From positions 1-39,832 of the forward strand of contig CAIQWN010000033.1 of NCBI GenBank assembly GCA_903875555.1: a stretch of DNA of 39,832 nucleotides, in the 5' to 3' direction. This document shows positions 19,961 through 28,486 of the stretch, piece by piece; positions within the stretch are counted from its first letter, which is position 1, and each line of letters begins with the position of its first letter. The position numbers and the translations under genes are program-made. The DNA comes from an uncultured bacterium (lineage in GTDB: Bacteria > Patescibacteriota > Minisyncoccia > Phycocordibacterales > UBA5272). Below the pieces are notes generated by a model that was not told the DNA's origin, ran no database searches, and saw only the letters and a program-made list of their open reading frames with translations.

Positions 19961-20614
19961 ATGAAATTAAAGGACTTACCAAATAGTCAGGTGATATTGA
20001 TTGTCGATGATGCAAGGCAAGACCTTGCAGAAAATTTTTGGAGTGAGATAAAAAATGAACACTCTCCAAATATTTTTATAAACAAAACTGTGGTTGATAT
20101 GGATACGGGTAGGAATATTATTTCTTGGGCGAATACACCTTTTAATGGAAACAAAACTTGTATAATTTCTTTTCATACAATAACTCTTCCAACCCAGAAT
20201 TCATTACTTAAGGTTTTAGAAGAAGTTAAAAACGGTATTGGTTTTATTTTAATAACAAGCAATGAAGAGGCCTTGATTCCAACAGTTCTTTCAAGATTAC
20301 ATAAAATCAAGAAGCAAGAATCAAGAAGCAAGAATCAAGAAGACGCACAAAAATTCTTTGAAACTAAATCAACAGAAAGGATGAAATTAAAAAGTGTAGT
20401 GGGGCTTTTAAATCAAGAAGATGAAGAGGGGAGAAAAGACAGAGAAGCAGTTAAAAGTTTTATTTCAGATTTAATTAAATTTGGCAGAGAAAATAATTTA
20501 GAAAGTAAAAAATTAATTAAATTAATTGAAATGGAAAATTATGCAGGTGATCCGTCAGCCAGTGGAAAAACCATCGTAGAATTTATTTCACTTTACTTGC
20601 CCGTTATACGTTGA
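19961..20614 (+). CDS. holB: Reduced DNA polymerase III delta-prime-like subunit
   Basis: TQNSLLKVLEE, FILIT, LIPTVLSRL; short, no clear Walker A. Confidence 0.7.
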   Translation: MKLKDLPNSQVILIVDDARQDLAENFWSEIKNEHSPNIFINKTVVDMDTGRNIISWANTPFNGNKTCIISFHTITLPTQNSLLKVLEEVKNGIGFILITSNEEALIPTVLSRLHKIKKQESRSKNQEDAQKFFETKSTERMKLKSVVGLLNQEDEEGRKDREAVKSFISDLIKFGRENNLESKKLIKLIEMENYAGDPSASGKTIVEFISLYLPVIR

Positions 20615-20634
20615 TATACTTTTGTGTATTCCTT

Positions 20635-21105
20635 ATGAAAAATAAAGCAACATATATTGTAATTATTACAGTTATTATTATCGGGTGTGTGGTATTTTTT
20701 ACACAAAAAAAGAAAAATGATTTATTAAAATCAAATTTAAATATTAATTCAACAACATCTATGACAACAGAAACATCAGGACTTATTATCGAAGATAAAA
20801 TTATTGGAACAGGGACAGAGGCGAAAGCTGGAGATAGTGTGACAGTTCATTATGTTGGCTCACTTTTAAATGGAACTATTTTTGATGCCTCAAGGAATCA
20901 CGGAGATCAAGGATTTACTTTTTTACTAGGTGCAGGACAAGTAATTAAGGGTTGGGATCAAGGTGTTGCTGGTATGAAAGTTGGCGGAAAAAGAAAACTT
21001 ACAATTCCTGCTGATCTTGCATATGGTAGTCAAGCTGTTGGAGGTGTGATTCCAGCTAACTCAACACTTATTTTTGAGGTAGAACTTTTGAAAGTTGGGA
21101 AATAA
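20635..21105 (+). CDS. FKBP-type PPIase with N-terminal membrane anchor
   Basis: VTVHYVG, FDAS, LGAGQVIKGWDQG, IPADLAYG, LIFEVELL. Confidence 0.95.
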   Translation: MKNKATYIVIITVIIIGCVVFFTQKKKNDLLKSNLNINSTTSMTTETSGLIIEDKIIGTGTEAKAGDSVTVHYVGSLLNGTIFDASRNHGDQGFTFLLGAGQVIKGWDQGVAGMKVGGKRKLTIPADLAYGSQAVGGVIPANSTLIFEVELLKVGK

Positions 21106-21146
21106 AGGTAACTACCCCTATGCAAAGCATAGGGGTAGTTACCTTT
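21104..21146. terminator. 20-bp perfect hairpin after the FKBP gene
   Basis: aaaggtaactacccctatgc-AAA-gcataggggtagttaccttt. Confidence 0.75.
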
Positions 21147-21332
21147 TTAACTCCTCAACTCGAAAAAGAAAAAGATTACTTTTAAATTAGTCTACGGCCA
21201 AGCCGCGAATCTGTTGATTCGTTTACGTCGTCAATAAAAAATATTTCAGAAATTAATTTTACTTGTTATAAATTAAATAGTGTGGTATTGTTTGGTGTAA
21301 GTTTCCCTAATTAATTTTTAATGGAGAAAAAA

Positions 21333-21548
21333 ATGAGCAAAGGAGAGTTTAGTGATGAGAGTGGTCTTTTTGATTCTTTTCCGGAAATTGATTTTAATCG
21401 CTTGCGTGCAAGTAAAGAAAAAGGACCTGATAACTTTTTTAGCAGAGGTGATGAGACAGATTTTGTCACACTGCCTCAGTTGTTACCAAGAAAAAAACAA
21501 GAACCATTGGATCTTGACACGATACCTTTTCTTGTGAATTTTAAGTAA
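21333..21548 (+). CDS. Small acidic hypothetical protein (SD-led ORFan)
   Basis: TTGTTA-17-TATTGT promoter, GGAG 6 nt before ATG 21333, hairpin 21573-21593. Confidence 0.6.
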   Translation: MSKGEFSDESGLFDSFPEIDFNRLRASKEKGPDNFFSRGDETDFVTLPQLLPRKKQEPLDLDTIPFLVNFK

Positions 21549-21632
21549 TATTGTGTGGTCTGTTTTTTAGTTCCGCTGCCCTTTGGGTGGCGGTTTGTGT
21601 TATAATCTAATTTATAAATTAAAAATTACACT

Positions 21633-22181
21633 ATGTATAATTTCAATCAAGTAAAAGAAAGTAAAGAGAAAATAATTGAATGGTTACTAAAAGAGTATTC
21701 TTCTATTTCAACAGGTAGAGCTTCTCCACAAATTTTAGATATCATATCTATAAATATGTATGGATCAAGAACTCAAATCGCTCATTGTTCAGCGATTTCT
21801 ATAGAGGATGCTAGAACACTGCGCGTTTCTCCTTGGGATAAAAATATAATCCACGATATCGAAAAAGCAATTAATGAAGCAGATCTTGGACTCTCTGTTT
21901 CTTCAGATGATCAAGGTTTACGTGTTCATTTTCCTATGCTTACAACAGAGACTAGAGCAAAACTTGTAAAAGTTTTAAAAGAAAAACTTGAAGATGCTCG
22001 TGTGAAGATACGTTCTTTACGTGAAGATACAAATAGAGACATTGATGCTCGTGGTAAAGATTCAGAGTTTGGTGAAGATGAAAGAATGAAATATCGTGAA
22101 GAGATGCAAAAAATAACTGATGAAGCAAATGCCGAATTTGAAAATTTATTTGAAAGAAAAGAAAAAGAAGTAATGGGTTAA
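21633..22181 (+). CDS. frr: Ribosome recycling factor
   Basis: TGRASP, YGSRT, PWDK..IEKAI, FPMLT.ETR, KEKEVM. Confidence 0.96.
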   Translation: MYNFNQVKESKEKIIEWLLKEYSSISTGRASPQILDIISINMYGSRTQIAHCSAISIEDARTLRVSPWDKNIIHDIEKAINEADLGLSVSSDDQGLRVHFPMLTTETRAKLVKVLKEKLEDARVKIRSLREDTNRDIDARGKDSEFGEDERMKYREEMQKITDEANAEFENLFERKEKEVMG

Positions 22182-22204
22182 AAAGTCAAAAATAAGAAAT
22201 AAAC

Positions 22205-22227
22205 AAGGCGAGCCTATGGCTCGCCTT
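22205..22227. terminator. Bidirectional terminator between frr and the convergent ORFan
   Basis: aaggcgagcc-TAT-ggctcgcctt. Confidence 0.7.
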
Positions 22228-22243
22228 TGTTGTCAGTGATATT

Positions 22244-22564
22244 TCAACTGAGAACATCCTTACTTTTTTTCGTTGGTTTTTTGGGATCCTCTGATAATTT
22301 CTTTTTTGCACCGTTTGCACAGTCAATAAACATTTTCTGCGGTATCTTTTCGTATTCGATATCCGCTGAAAAGTTTATTGTTATCATGCTTGGTTGACCA
22401 AATGATTTGCTTGCGACACATACAAGTGGGCCAAGCCTTTCTTCGTGAACCTGAGAAGGTGGATAGGTATATACCTGTGTAGATTGCTGGGCAAATGCTT
22501 GGTCGCCGTTTAGAAAGATCATAACCCAGTATGTAACGAATAAAACTCTAAAGATCATGTTCAT
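22244..22564 (-). CDS. Probable secreted small protein (SD-led ORFan)
   Basis: Signal-peptide-like N-terminus ending AFA|Q, two Cys; GGGAG SD; TTGACC-17-TATTAT promoter. Confidence 0.7.
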   Translation of the reverse strand: MNMIFRVLFVTYWVMIFLNGDQAFAQQSTQVYTYPPSQVHEERLGPLVCVASKSFGQPSMITINFSADIEYEKIPQKMFIDCANGAKKKLSEDPKKPTKKSKDVLS

Positions 22565-22685
22565 GTTTTACTCCCGTTGGTGATTTTGAACTTTTAAATA
22601 ATAACACTTATTTAGTTTTTGGTCAAATTAAATTTATTTTGATAAATTTTATGTTTCTTGTAAAGTTTTCTGTTATACTCTTCAT

Positions 22686-23777
22686 ATGTTCATAATTCTA
22701 TTTTTTATAATTTTACTTGCACTTGTTTTTGTTCACGAGTTTGGTCACTTTATTACAGCTAAATGGGTTGGGATGAGAGTTGATGAATTTGCCTTTGGAT
22801 TTCCTCCTCGAATTTTTTCTAAAAAAGTTGGTGAGACAGAATATTCTGTGAATGCTTTACCTCTTGGTGGTTATGTTTCTATTTACGGAGAGAATGGAGA
22901 GAAAGATGATGTTGCAAAAACTGACAAAAGAAGTTTTGGTAATCGTCCAATTTGGTCTCAGCTTTTTGTCTTGTCTGCCGGAGTAATTATGAATATTTTA
23001 TTTGCTTATTTTATTTTTGTTGTTACCTCTATTGGTAATACAGAAATAACTTTGAGTGATAATCAAAAATTTTTAGGTAAAGTTAAAGAAACAAGTGTGA
23101 TTGTTTTAGATACAAGTAAAGGTAGTCCAGTACAAATGGCAGGGATTAAAGCAGGTGACAGACTTTTGAATTTAGAAAGTCGCGGTGCAAAAATAAAAGG
23201 AGATACCGCAGAGAAAACAATTTCTTTTATCGAATCACATATAAATGAACCAATCAAAATAACTTACAAAGATTTAAATAATAAAATAAAAGATACAACA
23301 ATTACAGGTGTTTATGGAATTTTAGAAAACAAAAAAGCTCTTGGTATAGCATTGGATACAGTTGGGGTTATAGATGCTAGTTTCGGTGATGCTATTGTTT
23401 TAGGTAAAGATAAATTAAAAAATATTTTCTTTGCAGTTTTTGGCGGAATGTATCATATAGGGGATTCTGTTTTACATGGAGAAAATGTTATTAATTCTTT
23501 CGTTGGGCCGATTGGTATAGCCAAGATGGTTGATGATACAAAAGCTTTTGGTTTTGTTGCACTACTTACTTTTACTGCAGTTCTTTCTGTTAATCTTGCG
23601 ATATTTAATTCATTACCATTACCAGCACTCGACGGGGGAAGATTTTTAATTATTATTTTAGAAACAATTTTCAAAAAGAAAGTTCCAATAAAAATAATGA
23701 CAATAATGAACAGTTTCTTTTTCTTGTTGTTAATTATTATGTTGATCGCAGTTACTGTGAAGGATATTATAAAGTAG
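22686..23777 (+). CDS. rseP: Site-2 (M50) intramembrane metalloprotease with PDZ domain
   Basis: HEFGH, PLGGYV, NSLPLPALDGG. Confidence 0.93.
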   Translation: MFIILFFIILLALVFVHEFGHFITAKWVGMRVDEFAFGFPPRIFSKKVGETEYSVNALPLGGYVSIYGENGEKDDVAKTDKRSFGNRPIWSQLFVLSAGVIMNILFAYFIFVVTSIGNTEITLSDNQKFLGKVKETSVIVLDTSKGSPVQMAGIKAGDRLLNLESRGAKIKGDTAEKTISFIESHINEPIKITYKDLNNKIKDTTITGVYGILENKKALGIALDTVGVIDASFGDAIVLGKDKLKNIFFAVFGGMYHIGDSVLHGENVINSFVGPIGIAKMVDDTKAFGFVALLTFTAVLSVNLAIFNSLPLPALDGGRFLIIILETIFKKKVPIKIMTIMNSFFFLLLIIMLIAVTVKDIIK

Positions 23778-23863
23778 TTATTTATTAGACAAGTATAATG
23801 TAGTGTGTTAGTGTATTAGTGTGTTGGGTGTGAGTTGTCCTTTTAATCTATTGGGAGAGTGTT

Positions 23864-24289
23864 ATGAAAAACGCCTATGCTACAATCAATGAACTCATTC
23901 TTTTTTTGAAAGAATTGAAAAAAGAATTTGGGGAGGGTCAGTCGTTGTCGCATTTATCTATGTCTCAAATCAAAGATGTTCTATTTCTTGAAGTATTAAT
24001 GGATGCAAAAAACACAGAGAGTATTAAGAAAATTTTTGAACACAGACATCTTTTTGACGACGAGGATTATAAAGTCAAAACGCGAAGATTCTCTTTGTTG
24101 TTGCAAAAATGGGTATCGGTATGTAACACAGAAGAAGAGTTAATTCATTTGCGTTGGGCTAGTGGTATAAATAACCCAGATATGATTACCGATTATCGTG
24201 ATTTTGTTGAAAAATATTACGATCGCCTCGATCAATTTAAAAAAGAAAAAAATAAAAGTGGTCTTGGCTTCAAAGGTGTCCAAGATTGA
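23864..24289 (+). CDS. Hypothetical helical protein (SD-led ORFan)
   Basis: TAGACA-17-TAGTGT, GGGAG 6 nt before ATG, GC hairpin 24299-24328. Confidence 0.7.
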   Translation: MKNAYATINELILFLKELKKEFGEGQSLSHLSMSQIKDVLFLEVLMDAKNTESIKKIFEHRHLFDDEDYKVKTRRFSLLLQKWVSVCNTEEELIHLRWASGINNPDMITDYRDFVEKYYDRLDQFKKEKNKSGLGFKGVQD

Positions 24290-24404
24290 GACACGGTCAT
24301 CCCCGTTCGCGTAATTGCGGACGGGGATTTGTAATTTCTTCCGCGTTATTCTGCGTTACGTCTGCGTGTTTCTGTGGTTTTATTTTTTATGTTAAAATAA
24401 AACA

Positions 24405-25691
24405 ATGAGACAATCAAAATTATTTATAAAAACAAGAAAGGAAGCTCCAGCTGATGAGGTTTCGAAGAATGCAATATTGCTTACTCGCGCAGGGTTTATT
24501 CATAAAGAGATGGCTGGTGTTTATACATTTTTACCACTTGGTCTTAAAGTTTTAAATAATATCGAAAATATAATTCGTTATCATATGGATGAGATTGGTC
24601 GCGAACTTTTAATGTCAGCGTTATCTCCAATGGAAAAATGGCAGAATACAGGCAGACTTGAAACTGTTGATGTTCTTATGAAAACTTCTGGGGCCAATGA
24701 GGTATCAAAAGTAAAATCAACAAATGAATATATTTTAAACTCTACTCACGAAGAAATAATTACTCCGATCGTTGCTGAATATATTCGTTCGTACAAAGAA
24801 TTGCCGGTATCGTTTTATCAAATACAAACAAAATTTAGAAATGAGGCGCGTGCTAAGTCAGGACTACTTCGTGGTCGTGAATTTAGAATGAAAGATTTAT
24901 ATTCTTTTCACAAAGATGAAGAGGATATGAAAAAATATTACGAAGAAGCAAAGAAAGTTTACATGAATGTTTTCAATGATCTTGGAATTGGTGATGATAC
25001 TTATATAACACTTGCTAGTGGTGGAGATTTTACAAAAGAGTATTCACATGAATTTCAAACACTTACAGAGACAGGTGAAGATACAATTTATTTGGATAGA
25101 AAAAATAATATTGCTTATAACAAAGAGGTTGTGAATGAAGAGACAGAGAAAAAATTGGGTGTTAAATTTAATGATATGGAACAAGTGAATGCGTCTGAGG
25201 TTGGAAATATATTTCCACTTAATATTAAATTTAGTGAAGCTCTAAATTATACTTATGCAAATGATAAGGATGAACAATTACCAGTTTATATGGGTTGTTA
25301 TGGTATGGGTCCATCAAGAATTATGGGTGTTATCGTAGAAAAATTTGCAGATGAAAAAGGTTTGGTATGGCCAGAATCAATTGCACCGTATTCACTTCAT
25401 TTAATTTCTCTTGCAAAAAGTGATGAGACAAAAAAGAAAGCAGAAGAAATTTATGAAAAGTTATTATCCTTCGGTGTAGAGGTTTTGTTTGATGATAGAG
25501 ATGAAAGTGCTGGAGCAAAATTTGCTGATAGTGATTTGATTGGTATTCCAATGCGCGTAGTAGTTTCTGATAAATCACTTTCTGCGGGTGGTGTAGAAAT
25601 AAAAGAAAGAGTAGCTGAAAAAAGTGAAATAGTTGGAGTAGAAGAATTTTTGAAAGAGTGGAGTACTGGTGGAAGTTGTGCTTGTTGCTAA
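24405..25691 (+). CDS. proS: Prolyl-tRNA synthetase, short form without INS editing domain
   Basis: THEE, QTKFRNE.R..GLLRGREF.MKD, MGCYG.G.SR, anticodon-binding domain. Confidence 0.96.
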   Translation: MRQSKLFIKTRKEAPADEVSKNAILLTRAGFIHKEMAGVYTFLPLGLKVLNNIENIIRYHMDEIGRELLMSALSPMEKWQNTGRLETVDVLMKTSGANEVSKVKSTNEYILNSTHEEIITPIVAEYIRSYKELPVSFYQIQTKFRNEARAKSGLLRGREFRMKDLYSFHKDEEDMKKYYEEAKKVYMNVFNDLGIGDDTYITLASGGDFTKEYSHEFQTLTETGEDTIYLDRKNNIAYNKEVVNEETEKKLGVKFNDMEQVNASEVGNIFPLNIKFSEALNYTYANDKDEQLPVYMGCYGMGPSRIMGVIVEKFADEKGLVWPESIAPYSLHLISLAKSDETKKKAEEIYEKLLSFGVEVLFDDRDESAGAKFADSDLIGIPMRVVVSDKSLSAGGVEIKERVAEKSEIVGVEEFLKEWSTGGSCACC

Positions 25692-25730
25692 TATAAAATG
25701 AAAACACCTCGCAATGATCTGCAAGAGTTT

Positions 25731-26015
25731 TCATTGTGAGGTGTTGTTGTTTGGTAGAAGATTTTGGTTTTTCCAGACGGTCAATATGGCCCATTCCATT
25801 TCTCCGGTTGTATACTCTACCAAACACTCAGGATGCCTTTTTCTGAGTTTAAGTATAAAATCGTGATTTAGTAAACGTGTAGCAAGCGGAGATAAATCGT
25901 TCCTATTGCGGTGTGTGCGTAGATAACTAGCCATTCTTTCTGGAAGGTCTTGACAATTTTCCAGTAACACATTTGATATCTGTTCTGCTGTTATCTGTAG
26001 TCGAACATTATTCAT
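25731..26015 (-). CDS. Hypothetical protein (cassette-like ORFan)
   Basis: TTGACG-17-TAACTT promoter; weak SD; stop inside hairpin 25703-25745. Confidence 0.65.
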   Translation of the reverse strand: MNNVRLQITAEQISNVLLENCQDLPERMASYLRTHRNRNDLSPLATRLLNHDFILKLRKRHPECLVEYTTGEMEWAILTVWKNQNLLPNNNTSQ

Positions 26016-26155
26016 GGGTTATCTTTCTTTGTATATGTTAAAGGACAATGTATTACGACAAGTTATCACAACAAACTACTTTCGTCAATGTAAAATGAAA
26101 ACACCTGCATAGAAAAACTTTTACAGATGTTTTTTCTATGCAGGATGTTGAAAGC

Positions 26156-26413
26156 TTACGCAACACCATGTTTCGTTTTCCATGTATTGATGTAAGATGC
26201 CAAGAAACTATGTCTACTTTCATCAGTAAGGAAAAGATCAAGGATGACTTGTAGTGTAATATCTGTCGACATAGTTTTTATTTTTTCAGTGACACGATAA
26301 AGACATTTTTCTGAGCAAACCTTTCGACAGATATCCTTATCGAAAGTAATGTTTGGATTCTGATTTAACAGGCCTTCCACTGCTTCATGATGATTTACTA
26401 TTTTTGTCGTCAT
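26156..26413 (-). CDS. Hypothetical protein (SD-led ORFan)
   Basis: TTGACA-17-TATGTT promoter; GGAGG 4 nt before ATG 26413; hairpin at about 26100-26149. Confidence 0.65.
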   Translation of the reverse strand: MTTKIVNHHEAVEGLLNQNPNITFDKDICRKVCSEKCLYRVTEKIKTMSTDITLQVILDLFLTDESRHSFLASYINTWKTKHGVA

Positions 26414-26528
26414 GTTTCCTCCAGGATACAACTCATGTTATAGGTTTAGAAACTTTATAATAAAACATATCACTCGACTATATATTTGTCAAGAATACTC
26501 ATATATTTATTTATGTTAAAATAGCCGA

Positions 26529-27590
26529 ATGATTGCTAGTTATTATAAAAACTTTGTGAACAAATTCTCTAATGATATTGGTATTGATTTGGGAACAGCA
26601 AATACTCTTGTGTATCTTCGTGGGCGCGGAATAGTTATAAATGAACCATCAGTTGTTGCATTAAATATAAAAACAAATCGCATTGTTGCACTTGGCAGTG
26701 AAGCGAAAAATATGATGGGTCGCACACCAAATCATATTAAAATAGTTCGCCCTTTAGTAGATGGTGTAATTTCTGATTATGAAGTTACAGAAGAAATGCT
26801 CTCTTATTTAATTAATAAAGCAAATGAGATGACAAAGAAAGTTTTGCGTCCTCGTGTGGTGATTGGTATACCGGTTGGTGTTACAAATGTAGAAATGCGC
26901 GCTGTGTATGATGCTGCTAAGTCTGCTGGGGCACGTGAGGTTTATATTGTTGAAGAGCCAGTAGCAGGAGCGATAGGCGTTAAACTACCAATACATGATC
27001 CAGTTGGAAATATGATTGTTGATATTGGTGGTGGAACAACAGATATTGCTGTGATTTCACTTTCTGGAATTGTTCGTTCAAAAAGTTTGAAGATTGCGGG
27101 AGATAAACTCATACAAGATATCTTGTCTTATATGCGGGACGAATTTAAAATATTAATCGGAGAAAAGACAGCCGAAGAGATAAAACATATTTTAGGATCT
27201 GCAATGCCAAATGATGAAGTAGAAGAAATAAGTATTAAAGGTCGTGACTTAGTAACAGGGCTTCCTCGTGAGGCTGTTGTTACAGATACAGATATTCGTG
27301 AGGCAATGTACTCTTCTATTTCACAGTTAGTTGATGCAATAAGAGAGGTTTTAGAAACAACACCACCTGAGGTTCTCGGTGATATTATGCGCAAAGGTAT
27401 AGTTGTAGTCGGTGGTGGAGCATTAATTAGAAATTTACCAGAGTTACTCCAAACCCAACTTAAAGTTCCAATAATGGTTGCCGACGATCCACTTACTGCT
27501 GTTGCTAGAGGAACAGGCATAATCTTAGAAGATATAGATTTTTATAAACAGGTTTTAATAGAAAATACAAATGACATATCTTTTAGATAG
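26529..27590 (+). CDS. mreB: MreB (paralog 2, mreBC operon)
   Basis: IGIDLGTAN, VDIGGGTT, GGGAL, DPLTAVARG; adjacent to mreC. Confidence 0.96.
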   Translation: MIASYYKNFVNKFSNDIGIDLGTANTLVYLRGRGIVINEPSVVALNIKTNRIVALGSEAKNMMGRTPNHIKIVRPLVDGVISDYEVTEEMLSYLINKANEMTKKVLRPRVVIGIPVGVTNVEMRAVYDAAKSAGAREVYIVEEPVAGAIGVKLPIHDPVGNMIVDIGGGTTDIAVISLSGIVRSKSLKIAGDKLIQDILSYMRDEFKILIGEKTAEEIKHILGSAMPNDEVEEISIKGRDLVTGLPREAVVTDTDIREAMYSSISQLVDAIREVLETTPPEVLGDIMRKGIVVVGGGALIRNLPELLQTQLKVPIMVADDPLTAVARGTGIILEDIDFYKQVLIENTNDISFR

Positions 27591-28350
27591 AAATAAAAAA
27601 AGAAAAAATATAAAATTATTTTTTAGTATAGTTTTATTTTTGATTGTAATTATTTTTTGGTCACCAGTTAAAAAGTTTTCTTATCCAATCGTAGAGCCAG
27701 TTTTAACTTTTGTTGTATCAGTAAAAGATTTTATATTTCTTATACCGAAAAATATAGTTATTTATTTTCATTCTAAAAATTATTATGATGAGAGAGTAAA
27801 AAATTTAGAACAAAATGTGGAAGATTTAGAAAATAAATTAGCAATTAATGAAGAAATAATTAGAAGTCAAAATTTACTTAAAGATGTTAAAGATATTAAA
27901 AAAATAATAGTTGCTAATCCAGTATTAAGAGACCCAACATCAATATATAACACAGTTATTTTATCAAAAGGATTTTCTGATGGAATAAATATTTCTTATC
28001 TTGTTTATATAAGAGGGATGGAGCCGGTGGGTAAAATAGAAAAAGTTCATAGTAAAACATCAGAACTTAATTTATTTTCTGCTTCAGGAAATAAAATAGA
28101 TGGAGTTCTTATTAATGAAAAAATAATTCCTCTTGTTGGTACAGGTGGTGGAAATTTTATTGCTAATTTACCAAAAGACTTTGCAGTAAATGTTGGTGAT
28201 AATATTTATTATGCGACAAAAGGTTATGGTTTGCTTGGAACAGTTAGTGATATACAGAATGATATACAGGACACATATTCAAAAGTTTATATAAAAGGAA
28301 CATATAATCCAATGAATGTGAATAATTTTTATATAGAAAAAAATGATTAA
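27571..28350 (+). CDS. mreC: Rod shape-determining protein MreC
   Basis: TM, coiled coil, ILSKG..DGI, VGKIEKV; synteny. Confidence 0.85.
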   Translation: MTYLLDRNKKRKNIKLFFSIVLFLIVIIFWSPVKKFSYPIVEPVLTFVVSVKDFIFLIPKNIVIYFHSKNYYDERVKNLEQNVEDLENKLAINEEIIRSQNLLKDVKDIKKIIVANPVLRDPTSIYNTVILSKGFSDGINISYLVYIRGMEPVGKIEKVHSKTSELNLFSASGNKIDGVLINEKIIPLVGTGGGNFIANLPKDFAVNVGDNIYYATKGYGLLGTVSDIQNDIQDTYSKVYIKGTYNPMNVNNFYIEKND

Positions 28351-28486
28351 ATATTTTCTTATTTTTTTAGCTTTTTCTTTTGATGTTATTTTGGGAAATT
28401 TGAAGTATCCTATTTTAACAATTGTGGTTTGTGTTATAGTTTTTATATATGTTTTCATTTCGCAAAATATTAGGTTTAAAAAATAA
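28343..28486 (+). CDS. 47-aa two-TM microprotein in the mreD position (not in ORF track)
   Basis: MIKYFLIFLAFSFDVILGNLKYPILTIVVCVIVFIYVFISQNIRFKK; ATG overlaps the end of mreC (ATGATTAA). Confidence 0.55.
   Translation: MIKYFLIFLAFSFDVILGNLKYPILTIVVCVIVFIYVFISQNIRFKK

Noticed and set aside
21266-21623. 12-bp TTATAAATTAAA repeat flanking the 21333 ORFan
   Set aside because: It is pure A/T and expected by chance at this base composition.
25694-26150. Cassette hairpins as integron attC sites
   Set aside because: RYYYAAC/GTTRRRY cores are not convincingly present, no integrase is in the window, and the hairpins fit terminators. An attC covariance search would settle it.
18120-27590. Two mreB paralogs as a novelty
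   Set aside because: Multiple MreB/Mbl paralogs are well known in monoderm bacteria.
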